Shown piece after piece: positions 12,990 to 27,035 of a stretch of DNA of 64,000 bases. The stretch comes from Felis catus (taxonomy: Eukaryota). Each line of letters begins with the position of its first letter. The first letter of the stretch is position 1. Where the stretch lies: NCBI RefSeq assembly GCF_018350175.1, contig NC_058368.1, positions 169,944,001 to 170,008,000 on the forward strand, read 5' to 3'. Below the pieces are notes generated by a model, which worked only from the letters and a program-made list of their open reading frames with translations, did not search any database and was not told where the DNA came from. A program made the position numbers and the translations under genes.

Positions 12990-13829
12990 TAAAAAATTAA
13001 TTCCAGTATTGTTAACATACAGTGTTACATTAGTTTCACGTGTATAATGCAGTGATTCAACAATTCTGTACATTACTCAGTGCTCATCGTAAGTGTTCTC
13101 TTTAATCCCCATCACCTATTTCACTTATCTTCCCACCCACTTTGTTAAGGATGTTTGTCTCTTTCTTTCTGTTTTGTTTCTTAAATTCCACATATGAGTG
13201 AAATCATATGGTATTGGTCTTTCTCAGACTTAATTTCACTTAGTATCATACCCTCTACGTCCATCCATGTTGTTGCAAATGGCAAGATTTTATTCTTTTT
13301 TTTTTTTTTATGACTCAGTAACATTCCGGTGTATATATATGCCACATCTTACTTATGTGTTCATCTATTGGTGGACACTTGCATTGCTTCCATATCTTGG
13401 CTATTGTAAATAATGTTACAATAAACATAGGGATTCATGTATCTTTTTGAACTAGTGTTTTGGTATTCTTTGGGTAAATGCCCAGTAGTGCCATTACTGG
13501 ATCATAGTGTAGTTCTAGTTTCACATTTTTGAGGAATCTCCATGTTTTCCACAGTGGCTATACCAGTTTGCATTCCTCCCAGCAGTGCATGAGAGTTTCT
13601 TTTTCTCCACATCCTTGTTACACTTCTTGTTTCTTGTGTTTTTTATCTTGGTCATTCTGACAGGTGGGAAATGATATCTCATTGTGGTTTTGATTTACAT
13701 TTCCCTATTGATGAATGATATTGAGCATCTTTTTATGGCTCTGTTGGCCATCTGGATGTCTTCTTTGGAGAAATGTCTCTCCATGTCTTCTGCCCATTTT
13801 TAAATTGGATTATATGGATTATATGGTTT

Positions 13830-13860
<31 letters not shown>

Positions 13861-15645
13861 GGTCCTGAGTTGTTAAAGTTCTTTATATATTGTGGATACT
13901 ACTCTTGAATTTGTCATTTGCAAATATCTTCTCCCATTAAGTAGATTGTCTTTTAGTTTTATTGATCATTTCCCTAGCTATACAGAAGCTTTTCATTTTG
14001 ATGTAGTCCCAATAGTTAATTTTTTGCTTTTGTTTCCCTTAACTCAGGAGACATACCTAGAAAAATGTTGCTTCAGCTGATGTCAGAGACATTACTCCCT
14101 GTGCTCTCTTCTAGGATTTTTATGGCTTCAGGTCTCACATTTAGGTGTTTAATCCATTTTGAGTTTATTTCTGTGTTTGGTGTCAGAAAGTGGTGCAGTC
14201 TCATTCCTTTGAAAGTAGCCGTCCAGTTTCCCAACACCATTTGTCGAAGAGACTGTCTTTTCCCCATTGCATAATCTTGCCTCCTTAATCAAAGATTATT
14301 AACCGTATAATTGTGAGTTCATTTCTGGGCTCTTTATACTGTTCTATTGACCTATGTGTCTATTTTTGTGCCAGTACTATATCACTTTGATTACTACAGC
14401 TTTGTAGTATATCTTGAAATGTGGAAGTATGAGACAAGACCTCCAGTTTTGTTCTTTCTTGAGATTGCTTTGGCTCTTTAGGGTCTTTGTGGTTACATAC
14501 AAATTTTAGGATTGCTGGTTCTAGTTCTGTAAAGAATGTTGTTGGTAATTTGATAGTAGATTTCTTTGAGTAGTGTGGATGTTTTAACAATATTTTTCCT
14601 CCCAGTCTATGGGCGTGAAATGTCTTTCCATTTGCTTGTGTCATCCTCAGTTTCCTTCATCAGTGTTTTATAGTTTTCAGAGTACAGGTATTTCACTTCC
14701 TTGGTTAAGTTTATTCCTAGGTATTTTAATATTTTTAGTGCAATTGTAATGGGAACTGTTTTGTTATTTCTCTTTCTTTGGCTTCATTGTTATTAGTGTA
14801 TAGAAATGCAATGAATTTCTGTACATTGATTTTGTATCCTGTGACCTTGCTGAATTCATCACCAGTTCTAGTAGTTTTTTGGTGGAGTCTTTAGGGTTTT
14901 CTGTATATCGTATCATGTCATCTGCAAACAGTGAAAGTTTTATGTCTTCTTTACCAATTTGGATACCTTTTGTTTCTTCTTTTTTCTGATTGCTGTGGCT
15001 GGGACTTGCAGTACTATGTTGAATAAAAGTGGTAAGAATAGACATCCTTATCTTGTTCCTGACCTGAGGGGAAAAGCTCTCAGTTTTTCACCTTTGAGTA
15101 TGATGTTTGCTGTGGGTTTTTTTTTTCATGTAAGGCCTTTATTATGTTGAGGTATGTTCCTATTAAACCTACTTTGCTGAGGATTTTTATCATGAATGGA
15201 TGTTGTACTTTGTCAAATGCTTTTTTTGCATCTAATGAAAGGATCATATGGTTCTTATCCTTTCTCTTGATGCAATGTATCACATTGATTGATTTGCAAT
15301 ATTGACTCACCCTTACATCACAGGAATAAGTCCCACTTGATTGTGGTGAATGATTTCTTTTAATATATTGTTGGGTTATGTTGCTAATATTTTGTTGAGA
15401 ATTGTTGCATCTATGTGTTCCTCAGAGTTTGGGCCTGTAGTTCCCTTTTTTTTTTTTTTTTTTTTTTTTTGAGTATCTTTATCTCATTTGGTTATGAGGA
15501 TAGCGCTGGTCTCATAAAATGAATTTGGAAGATTTTCTTCATCTTCTGTTTTTTGGAATAGTTTGAGAAGAATAGATATTAACTCTTGTTTAAATGTTTG
15601 GTAGAGTTCACCTTTGAAGCCATGTTCAGTCCAGTCCTAGACTTT
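12990..15645 (-). mobile_element. 5'-truncated carnivore L1
   Basis: 3' end ttaattccagtattgttaacatacagtgtt; RT motif [10 protein letters not shown] in track ORF 14764-15045; [19 protein letters not shown] in track ORF 15080-15310. Confidence 0.94.
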
Positions 15646-16367
15646 TGTATGTCTGTATTTTTCCTTTTTAACTAAAAATTATGTGGTAAATATTTTTCCA
15701 TATTATTAGAAGTTTCTCAGATGAAGTAGAACAGAGAAGGAGTGACTTTTGAAGTGGTGTGGTCCAAGGGATCCACCATGTAAGAGAGCAAATAATGAGG
15801 AATTTGTAGATCTTGTCAGAACAAACCCTAGGATCTGCAGTTGCTGCCGATGGTGGGGTCCATGGTAACTACTTCACCCCCTGGTCCCATGGAAGTGTCT
15901 CCTCTTCCTGCCTAAACAAAGTGAAGGAAAATAAGCTACCATGTATTAAGAACTTATACTATGCCAAGCACTTACCTGAAGTATACAAGAAAGGCAATTC
16001 TAATCACAGTCATTCTGCAAGAGAGGACGGAAAGTCCATATTTAGCCATTCCTCTGAACAGGAAAATCCATGGAGAAGTCATGGGGCTAGGGAAGATTAT
16101 TAGGGCAAAGTTCCATGCTCCAGACAGGCAATGTGCCCTTCTTTTTTAGAAACCGATGGAACAAGAAACAAAGGGTGAGAACAAGCACACATTACTGAGA
16201 GTTAGATACTGATGATCTTGTAGCCCATTTTTACATCCCCACTTTTACATCCACTAACATACATCCAGCACATTGACTTGATGTGTTTTTATTATTTCCA
16301 AATTTTAATTGGTTTATCCCATCTTGGTCCAGAAATGTTTTTAAATAGTCTATAGGCTGTATTTAAA

Positions 16368-16580
16368 TTTTTTTTTTCAACGTTTATTTATTTTTGGGAC
16401 AGAGAGAGACAGAGCATGAACGGGGGAGGGGCAGAGAGAGAGGGAGACACAGAATCGGAAACAGGCTCCAGGCTCTGAGCCATCAGCCCAGAGCCCGATG
16501 CGGGGCTCGAACCCACGGACCGCGAGATCGTGACCTGGCTGAAGTCGGACGCTTAACCGACTGCGCCACCCAGGCGCCCC
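16368..16580 (-). mobile_element. Young cat-type Can-SINE
   Basis: CpG-rich body; perfect TSD tataggctgtatttaaa (16351-16367 / 16581-16597). Confidence 0.97.
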
Positions 16581-17545
16581 TATAGGCTGTATTTAAAGAC
16601 TATAAACTACAAAAGAGACACCATTTATTGGAAGAAGGTGAAAAATTGAAAAGTGTCAGGGGTCATAAAGTAAACGGAGAACTAAGCAGAGAAAAGTGAA
16701 GCCCTTGGACAGTTGTGGATTCAAAAGCACCAAATGCTACCGTGTCCCACTTACAGGCAGTGGTGATTCAAGCCCCGATAAGGGTAGGCTAGTAGGGCTT
16801 AGCCATAAGTTGAGGCCTTCATGGCTCATAGACCAAATCTCATCCTGTTTGCTTCTCAAGCATCTTCTAACACTTCTTTCAAAAAATTCATCATACTTAT
16901 GGTCACCTGTGCAATGTTTATTTTTAGTGTTTAACTGTAAGCTACATAAAAATTTCATCTGGAACGTTTAGTACTATATTCCATCACCTAACACAGAGAC
17001 TAGCATTTATTAGTTACTCAATATGCTTCTTTTAAAATTAATGAATACTTGATCAAGGCAGAAGAAATCAGACAGAAATATGGGGAGAGTTAAAATGGAT
17101 TGAACCAGAGCTGGGAATAAAGTTTCTTTTTCGAAAAATGTGACTTTATGGTTTATACTATGCAATCATATGAATGGTGTAATGATATGGATGCTGAAAC
17201 AATCTCTTGTTGTTGGATATCATGTTTACCTCCAGTAGCACTGGAGGTAAATCTACTGAATATCTTCATTCACAAATCTTGACCCTCATCACAGCTAGAC
17301 TGGATTTCTAAAGTGAATTCATTGTATTGAAGGATGTGAACTATTAGACATAAAGTATTGCCTTCTCTCTAAGGAATAATTGCCTTAAAATACTATCTGG
17401 AATTTTATATTCCTCTATCTTTTGTTATTCAGTCTCCTCTTTCAGGGATCATTTTAAACTTGTGACTCCCCAAAAACTACTGCATATTTTAAAAGGTACT
17501 ATGTTCTGACCCTCCCCACTTTTACATCCACTAACATGACATAAC

Positions 17546-18053
17546 TTTGAAGGCAGAATAACTGCTCCTTATCCCTGAGATATTTAATGCCCATTTTCTA
17601 ATCTCTGGAATCTATGATAATATTGTGTTGCATGGCAAGGAGGAATTAATGTTATAGATGGAATGAAGGGTACTAATCAGCTGACTTTAAAATAAAGAGA
17701 TTATCCTGGATAATTTAGGGGGCCTGATGTAATTACAAAGGTCCTTTAAACGCAGAAGAGAAAGGCAGAAGAGTTAGCATCAGAGTGATGTGATCTGAGA
17801 AAGACACAGATGGCCATTAATGACTTTGAAGATTGAGAGGAGCCAAGAGCCAAAGAATGCAGGCAGCCTCTAGGAGCTGGGAAAGGCAAGGAAAGAGATA
17901 TTGGCTTAGCGTCTCTAAAAGGAACCAGTTCTGTTAACACCTTAATTTTTTTCTCACTGAATCCTAACTTCTAGAACTGTAAGATAAATTTGTGTTGTTT
18001 TAAGCCACCAAATTGGTGGTAATTTATTATATCAAACACAGGAAGCTAATATA
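17546..18053 (+). mobile_element. MaLR solo LTR (MLT1C/D-like)
   Basis: aggcagaataa...catggcaagg...ctaatcagctgac...gagattatcctgga...ttctagaactgtaagataaatttgtgttgttttaagccacc...gctaatata. Confidence 0.85.
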
Positions 18054-18804
18054 ACACTCTTGAGCTTCCAAGGACCCAGCTCTGCCTAGCCTCACCTGTG
18101 CCCTCTTTATCTTGGAAAATATCACTTTCCCATTCCGGAAGCAGGTGTTCAGCCAGATGTCCATGCTACTGTACCTTCTGCTTATGGTTGTGCCCCTCAT
18201 GACACAAAATTAAAAAAAAAAAATACAGAGGAATAGGATTGTCAGTCTAAGTTCAAAACTCCAGTTTGGAATTTATATCCATTGATGTCCAGCATATCAA
18301 CTGATACTGACAAATATCAAACCTTGGCCACAGCCCTACTTGTTTGGCTCTTGTCCAGAGCTCTACCTCCTTTGATAGATGCTAATCACATATTCTCAAA
18401 AGACAAGAATAATCTATTAATACAGCTTCTTAACCTATTTCCAAAGCATGCTCTTTCTTCCTGACAGACTCCAAACTGAAAAATCCTTACACATTTTTAA
18501 ATACTTACAGCAGCAGACTTGGGTATGGCAGATGACCTTAAACAAGGTGATTGCTTAGCCAATGTTTATTGCACCCTCTCTGTCAACAAATCCCAAAGAG
18601 GAGATCAGTCTCTGTGTGAATCTCACTGGGAAACAGATTATTGTTTTATGGGACTCTTGTTGCAAATCGCTGTGAACTCCAACATCAGTCATGGGCTGCA
18701 GCTTCAGTGTAGGAATTTAATAAATGAACACAGTCCTTGCCTAAGAGCAATGCTTATGGGTCAGACGCTTAGTCAATGGTGCCAGTGTCAGATCCAGATT
18801 CAAC

Positions 18805-19022
18805 TCATGTTTGATGAGTGCCCACAGTGTAACAGACGCTGTGCCAGAAGTTTTCCAATTATGTCACTAATTCTCACTAAAGCCCTTATTTTGCAAAGAA
18901 GTAAACTGTGACTCGTAAGGGTTAAGCACCTTTCTCCAGCTCACACAAGCTGGTAAGTGACAGAGCCAGTATTTGAACCTCCAGTCTTTTGATATGGATT
19001 CAGTGCTCTTTCCACTCTACAC
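18805..19022 (-). mobile_element. MIR
   Basis: Reverse core attttgcaaagaagtaaactgtgactc...ggttaag...tcacaca...gtaagtgacagagccagtatttgaacc. Confidence 0.75.
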
Positions 19023-21899
19023 AGTCCCTGCCTCACAGCATTTAGACTAGAAGTAGGGGAAGCACAGGCATAAGCCAGCTCCCTGCTGCAGTCTGGCCTG
19101 ATGGCCAGTCCCAGGCTCTGTACAACCCCTCTCTTTCTGTTGACGTACCCTGCTCACAGGCTCCCATTGTGGCTAACACAGAGCAAGAGACTGTTGGTAC
19201 AAGCCATGGGGAAGACAACACAGCTTTAGCAGCTAGGGACAGAAAGTGTGATGCCAAGGGAAGGAAGAACATATTTTGCAAAGGGAAAACTGATTATCCA
19301 AATGCAGCCCCATAGAGGGAATTATGCATTATTTAAATAAATGGGACTAGAATCGTAACACTATGGCACTGGAGAGGACCATAGACATAGGCGCTGGAGA
19401 GGAACATAGGTCTTTTCCTCACTTCAAAGATGAGGAAACTAGGGGTAGGAAAAATTAAGTTTCAGGGCCAAAATTTTACATGATACAATCATGGAGGTTG
19501 CATTAAAGCCTCATAATTTAGGACAATGGTTTTTGTTTATACATGATGTTTTCTCTCCTAAAGGACTACAATTTTAAATAATAATACTATATAATTCAGC
19601 TGTGTAATGTTCATGTGTTCTTATGAAAAAATGTCATTTCTTTATATAACCATATCCTGTTAAAATGACTAAAAAATGCAATAGAGCTCTAGCAAATTTT
19701 GCAGCCGTTTTTTGCAAGACCCCAGAGTAGAATTGAACAAGCAAACAGACATGATTTATCTGCATGAGTGGAATCCTTTGACTGTGGCTTTTCTTCAAAC
19801 AAAACAATTAAGGCAAAATAGTGATCATATACTTAAAGGCAGATATATCTTTCACAAAACTATAAACTACCACTGTTAATGATGATGAAATGGCAACTGA
19901 AGAAAGCATAAAGATTTTCTTTCTAAAGCAGCAAAATGGCCAATAACTTTATCCCCAATGCCTACATTTGCTATATGTAAGTGAACAATGAGAAGGATAA
20001 GCCAGAATAAAAGCAGAACAGGCAATCCTGGAACAGTTTCTAAAGTGACTCAATGCATCTGTACATCTTAAGTTGACTATGAAAATCCCCCACTATGGTT
20101 TCCATCATTGATCCTGATTAAGAACTCTGATGGCTTTTGATTGGCGGTAGTAAAAATAAAAACTATGAAGAATGAAGAAAAGAACTTTGCGTGGTACTAT
20201 ATTCTATTAAATTGAATTTGATGTAATTGGCTACCGAGTGTCCCTTTGATTTTGATTTATATGCACATTAGAAAACTTCACTTTTTAGGTGTGCTCTATA
20301 GAGTTGGTAAAATAGAGTGTTCATGGTAATTTCCCTGAAGCTGGGAGGCAAAAATTTGTTCAGGAATATTAACTCTTATTATACCACTTTATTTTAATGA
20401 GAAAATAAAGTTTCAACTCCATGTAATGCTGACATATAGTACTTTATTCTAAATATATAACTTGCTTTAAGTTTGATGAACATTTGTACTAAAAGAGTAC
20501 CAGGTTCCAGTTCATTATTAAGTAGCCTTGTTCAGAAAGTTTTGTCTTTGTCATTGCAGGAGCCTGAAGAAATTTTGTTCAGAGTTTGTTTTAATCTAGA
20601 TAATTTTTAAAATCAGAAGTTCCCAGGATTGCAACATCTTTCACTTTTTATCTGCATGGATAACAGAATTTTCAGTTCCTACCCACTTGAATAATTGTCT
20701 GCAATTGGAGTGTACAAAGCCCATTCATTAAAAGATAGCATGCTGAATTCTTTGGTTTCGAAATAAACCACCCGATAACTTGATGCAGTGGAGAATTGTT
20801 CCCTTTTAGGTGGTCAGCCTAAAATCTATTTTCTTTTGTCTCAATCCACAGGGGACAACAGGCAGTTACTTTCCTCCCAAATCACTTTAATTCTCTCTAG
20901 ATGAAATAGGCAACTGTATTTGCATTAATTTAATTAATACAGCTACTTACAGATTCTTATTGCCTAGTAAAAGTAGATCAGTCACAAGGAAAACTAATCC
21001 CATTCAAAGCCTAGTATGTTTTTATCCAGAACTCAATAGAATTTCCCTTTTTATTCTTAATGATTCAGTGGTACTCATAATTATATTGCTGACCACAGTG
21101 ATTGCTGTAGTTGACAGAATGTACATGGATATGCGTGTGTGCGTGCACTGGAATGAAGGTATATGTGTAACCGTACATGCTTGCATACCTGGAAAATGTT
21201 AATATAAATTGAAATCTGAACTAGAAGGCATGTTAGGTCTTTTCAAAATGAGTCTTGAGATTTTGGATCCTCAGTAACCTAACTCTTAGAATGGGCATCA
21301 GGAGCGATACTGAGAGTTCAAATTTGATTTCAGGTCATTTTGTGAGCTAGTAATTTGTTACTTGAAATTTTCCAAAACTTCGTCACTTTTTTTTTCCCAC
21401 AATTCCTTCAACATCCTGGCGAGGCTGCTGTTGTTTTCCATCTCATATAGGAAACAAACTAAATATGGAATGCTGTAAGGATGGAATTATGTTTTTTAAA
21501 AAGGAGGGGGAGATGGGAAACGAAGACTCAAGATCTCATTCTGGCAAGTCTTGGCAGAGTCAGGCTGAGCTCTAATTCTGGGTAGAACGAGGACCTACTT
21601 GGCAAGGGCCTGTGTTCGTGGTGCCAGCGCAGGAAGGCAAAGTGTGGGAGGAGAGCGCGGACACACTTCTCTGGGGACTTCAGTTCACTTCTTTGATTCT
21701 TGCTTTTGGCTGGATCTCTTTGCTTGGCTCAAAAGTTTGTTTTTATTTTGGCACCAGTGACTTCTTAGGGATCTTCAGGAGATTATTCTAAATTTAAGAG
21801 TGTAGCTTAAGATGTTTCTACTAAGTTTAGTAGTGAGAAAACACTAAAAATGTCCACAAATAAAACATGGACGAGAAGGGTTCTTCGGTCGTTGGAAAA

Positions 21900-22622
21900 A
21901 AGAAAACATATTGTGTTGATATATGTGCATTTATAGTCACTACAGACATTTCTTGCCACACTAACCTCAGGGTAATAGGTTACAAATGATACTCACCCAA
22001 AAGACTCTACATCTTTATGGGATAGTATTGAAGTAAGAAGATTGGAAAGGAAGTATCAGAAAACACTAATAAAAGTAGCCCAAGAAACTACATTATAATG
22101 AAAATAAATAAAATCACAGTATTCTGAATTTGCAACATGGTAGGCTAAATAATGGGAATACATTTCCACTAAAAACATCTAAAATAGCTAAGTTTAATAT
22201 TGAAACACTAATAAAAATAGTTTAGGTAGTCATATTAAATTCATACAAAATAGCCTACAATGAAAAATCATTAATAGAGATAAAGAGTGTCACTTCCTAA
22301 TGATAAAAGGTTTAATTCACCAAGAATATATAACAATTTAAAATTTTTATGTACTTATTAATTCATTTCATATTTTTAAATCCTAAAGTGCTAGAACTGC
22401 AAGAGAAATATACATGTCCACACTTTGAGGATGTTTTTAACATCCCTCACAGAAACTGAAAGATCAAGCAGACAAAATAAATATGTAAAAATATAGAAAA
22501 TTCTAACGGCATAACAAAGAAGCTTGAAGTAACAGACACATAAGAACATTTCCACTCAAATGGCAGAGACCTCACTATTTTCAAAAATAGGTGAAAATTG
22601 TAAAAATTGGCCACATACTGGG
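21900..22622 (+). mobile_element. Ancient L1 ORF2 endonuclease-region fragment
   Basis: tgataaaaggtttaattcaccaagaatatataacaatt and aaaattggccacatactggg are recognisable L1 EN blocks; very A-rich and decayed. Confidence 0.7.
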
Positions 22623-22623
22623 A

Positions 22624-22792
22624 TCTGTCACTTACTGTCTTTCTGCCCTTTGAGGTAATTTTTTAAACTCTGAGTCTCAATTTCCTCTACTTTAAAATGA
22701 AACTAATAGCAGTTACCAATTGTGAGGATTGTATTAAGCAATGTATGTCAAACACCTGGAATGTACAGGGCAGCTCGGGAAATGGTATCTAT
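22624..22792 (+). mobile_element. MIR
   Basis: ctctgagtctcaatttcctctactttaaaatga...ttgtgaggatt core. Confidence 0.7.
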
Positions 22793-23324
22793 GCATTGTC
22801 CTAATATGTACCTCATCTGAATGTCAAAGACGAGCATCCTTATAAAACTGTCCTAATGTTTTAAGGATTTGGAAAGTAAGCTTATATTCAATTTGTCCCT
22901 AATTTTTAGGGTTTTATATCATTCCCATTTTTCTTGCATTTTCCCTATGCTTCATAGTCTAAATGTTCCAAATATTTAATACCAAAAGGTTCTCCTCCTG
23001 GTATTTCAATCACTGTAGCTTACAATAGTTACATTTGAAACTTATTTTATAGGAAGTCTCTGTAATCTCTGTAGTTACATTCTACTTTGTGAACATAATA
23101 ACACCAGTTGTTGCTGGATGGTGAGTGCACGGACATTTCTAGAATAGCTCCAGTGTTCTGAAGGAGCTATTTTATTCAGAGGTCACAAATTCTTCCCCAT
23201 GTAGATTCTAATTCACTTTCAACAAATGATTACAGTAGCCAAATATATCCAGCCAAATATATCGTTTGTTCATGTATTCAGAGAGTTCTGATATTTGTTT
23301 GTTTGCAGAGTATATATGTAACTT

Positions 23325-23437
23325 AGCCAGAATACAAAACTCCTAGAAAGGTCCAAAGTTAATATTCATCTAGTATTCAACTAAAGCTCTTAGCAAGCAT
23401 CAAATATAGTCAGTGCTCAATAAACACATGTTGATTG
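23325..23437 (+). mobile_element. L2 3' end fragment
   Basis: atagtcagtgctcaataaacacatgttga terminal motif. Confidence 0.5.
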
Positions 23438-24679
23438 GTAAAGGACTAATCAGACACTGGATTAGATAAAGGTTGAGGAAGAACAAAGAATCAATAGGTA
23501 AGAGCTAGAAGGGAAAGGAGAGATGGAAACAAACTTCAAAGGGTGAACGTTCTGGAAAACCTTGCAAGTGAAAAAATAACTTAGGAAGTGCATGATTATG
23601 AGTAATTGTTCGCAGGTTATTGATGATGTAGAGAGAATGTATGTATGATATAAACCAGAGCTGCAAGCCAGCTGATTTAATTTTTTTTTGTTAGCAGTGG
23701 CACAGACTATAAAATATTTATGTTCATACTCTAAATATGTATTCCTGGAGTAAATAAATAATTTACTGTTCAGGCTATAAATTATTTACTCAGTTATTCC
23801 AAATATATATACTATTTGCATTTTACTGAAAGTAAAACAAATAGACTGGTGGTCTTTTAGGGTTCTAAAATAAAAAATAAGGGGAAAAAATTAAGATGTA
23901 AGCTACAGTAGGAAGTTTTCTGTAACATAGGAAAAAATTCCAGAGAACACCTCTAGATACATTGGAAAACCAAGAAAACTTAGCCTTCCTTGTAGAAAAT
24001 ATCAGCTTTACTTAATATCCCAAATGCCCAACCGTGAATTATCTGGATTTTCATTGAAATTTCTGAGCTTGGCTTCTGGAAAGAAAACCTGGTACAACAA
24101 GAACTTCTTTTTTTAATTCCTTTAATTCCTTAAGGCTTACTCTGACTTCAGAGCAGTAAACAAGATAATGTCCTATTTGGGTTGTGTGTTCAGTAAAGTG
24201 TGGCTCTATGGTTGGTTCATTCTTTGGAATCCCTCTGCCAAAGATTTCAAATCTCCAGCAATGACTCAGAAGAAGGCTTCTTCTTGAATAAACTTGCTTT
24301 TTTATTAAGCATATTATCTTTTGGTTGGCCAAACAATTCAGACTCATTCCCTTGGCAAACAGAATTCTGAATTAGAGTCATTTTTGGACACATCTGTTCC
24401 CAATATCAAGCATAGAATCATGCCTTCTTGTCTCCCACACACAGGCTGAATGTGCCATACCGTGGCTTGTGGGAGTTGAATATACAGTGACGGAGGATGT
24501 GAGTCTGCTGCCCAGAGCAGTAGATTCTCCTGCACAGAATTCTTATCTTGATCCTTGAGACAAAACATGATGTTAATTTACAAATAAATGATTCTTCCTT
24601 ATTAACAATTCCTCTGAGGAATATATTTCATACTGCATACTGACAAAGATAGCTTCTAGAGGTTTCCCTCTTTTATATA

Positions 24680-24860
24680 GGTGATGTTGGGCAAGTTAAC
24701 TTCCGTGTATCTCAGTTTTCTCATCTTTAAAATGGTGATAATAATGTTATATACCACGGGCTTGTTAAGAGGATTAAAAAAGTTAAAATACACAAAACAC
24801 TTCAATAATACTTTGTACATAGTAAGTGTTCAATGGGTGTTAGATGTTGTTATTGTTGTT
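24680..24860 (+). mobile_element. MIR
   Basis: ttgggcaagttaactt...ctcagttttctcatctttaaaatggtgataataat...acatagtaagtgttcaat. Confidence 0.85.
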
Positions 24861-26436
24861 ATGGGTTAATATTAGTTTTATTTATTAAATTTTGAGGTTA
24901 ACAAATGAATTTTCATTTTGTTTCCTTTGCCTCAGGAGACATGACCTAAAAAAAATGTTGCTATGGCCAATGTCAGAGACATTACTGTCCGTGCTCTCTT
25001 ACAGGATTTTTATGGTTTTAAGTCTCAAAGTCTTTAACCCATTTTGAGTTTATTTCTGTGTATGGTGTAGGAAAGTGGTCTAGTTTCATTCTTTTATATG
25101 TAGCTGTCCAGTTTTTCCAACACCATTTGTTGAAGAAACTATCTTTTTCCCATTGCATATTCTTTCCTTCTTTGTCATAGATTCATTGATCTATAATTAT
25201 GGATTTATTTCTGGGCTCTCTAATCTGTTCCATTGATTTGTATGTCTGTTTTTGTGCCAGTACCATACTGTTTTGATTACTACAAATTTGTAGTATATCT
25301 TGAAATCTGGGATTGTCAGACCTCCAGTTTTGTTCTTCTTTCTGAACATTGCTTTGGCTATTTACGGTCACATGTGGTTCCATACAAATATTAGGATTGT
25401 TTGTTCTAGTTCTGTGAAGAATGCTGTTGGTATTTTGATAGACATTGCATTAAATCTATAGATTGCTTTGGGTGGTATGGACATTTTAACTATATTTCTC
25501 CTCCCAATCCATGAGCATGGAGTATCTTTCCATTTGTTAGTGTCATCTTGAGTTTCCTTCATTGGTGTTTTATAGTTTTCAAAGGTCTTTTCCTTGGTTA
25601 AGTTAATTCCTAGGTATTTTATTATTTTTGGTACAACTGTGAATGGGACTGTTTTCTTCTCTTTCTGCTGCTTCATTATTAGTGTATAGAAATACAACAG
25701 ATTTATGTATATTGATTTTGTATTCTGTGACACTAGAACAAAATACATCATTTCTTGTACTTTTTTGGTGGAGTCTCTTTAGGGTTTTCTATGTAGAGTA
25801 TCAAGTCATCTGCGAATAATGAAAGTTTTACTTCTTCCTTACCAAGTTTGATGCTTTTTTTTTTCTTTTTCCTGTCTGATTGCTGTGGCTAGGACTTCTA
25901 GCACTATGTTGAGTGAAAATGATGGGAGTGGACATCCTTGTCTTGTCCCTAATCAAAATAAAACCTTTTTGAACAGCAAAGGAAACTATCAACAAAACTA
26001 AAAGCTTTATAACCTACTGAATGGGAGAAGACATTTGTAAATGACAGATCTGATAAAGAGTTAATTTTCAAACAAGACCATATACAACTTAGCACCAGAA
26101 AAACAAATAATTCAATTAAAAATGGGCAGAAGACATGAACAGACATTTCTCCAAAGAGCATATGCAGATGGCCAACAGACACATGAAAAGATGTGCAACT
26201 TTACTCATCATCAGGGAAATGCAAATCAAAACCATAATGAGATATCACCTAACACCTGTCAGGATGGTGAAAATCAAGAACACAAGAAACAAGTAAGTGT
26301 TGACAAGAATGTGAAGAAAAAGGAACCCTACTGCATTGTTGGTATGAGTGCAACTGGTACAGCCACTGTAGAAAATAGTATGGAATTTCTCCAAAGATTT
26401 AAAAATTAGAACTAATTTTTAAATTAGTGCCTGGGG

Positions 26437-26675
26437 GGGGTGCCTGGGTGGCTCAGTCGGTTAAGCACCTGACTTCGGCTCAGGTCATGACCTCACTGTT
26501 CATGAGTTTGAGCCCCGCATTGGGCTCTGTGCTGACAGCTCAGAGTCTGGAGCCTGCTTTCGATTCTGTGTCTCCCTCTTTCTCTGCCCCTCCCCCACTC
26601 ACACTCTGGCTTTCTTTCTCTCTCTCTCTCAAAAATAAATAAACAATAAATAAATTTAAAAAAAGAAAGAAAGAA
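26437..26675 (+). mobile_element. Can-SINE in L1
   Basis: ggggtgcctgggtggctcagtcggttaag head, (CT)n, A-tail. Confidence 0.95.
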
Positions 26676-27035
26676 AGAGTTACCATATGGTCCTGTAATT
26701 CTTTTACTGGATATTTATCTAAAGAATATGAAAACACTAATTTGAAAGGATATATGCACCCCTATGTTTATTGCAGCATTATATACAATAAATAAAGCTG
26801 GAATCAGCCCAAGTGTACATCCATAGGTGAATGAACAAAGATGTGATATAGATATTCAATGGAATATTAATCAGCCATAAAAAAAGAATGAAATGTTGTC
26901 ATCTGCAACAATGTGGAGGTATTTAGAGGGTATAAGCTAAGTGAAATAAGTCAGTGAAAGACAAATACCATATGATTTCACTCATACGTGGAATTTAAGA
27001 AACAAAACAAAGAAAAAGACAAATAAAAGACTCTT

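Noticed and set aside
14764..15310. RT-like ORFs ([18 protein letters not shown])
   Set aside because: Fragments of a frameshifted, truncated L1 ORF2, not an intact gene.
20530..20860. Two acceptor-like sites (ttgcag ~20559, ccacag ~20851)
   Set aside because: I found no matching strong donor or sustained reading frame.
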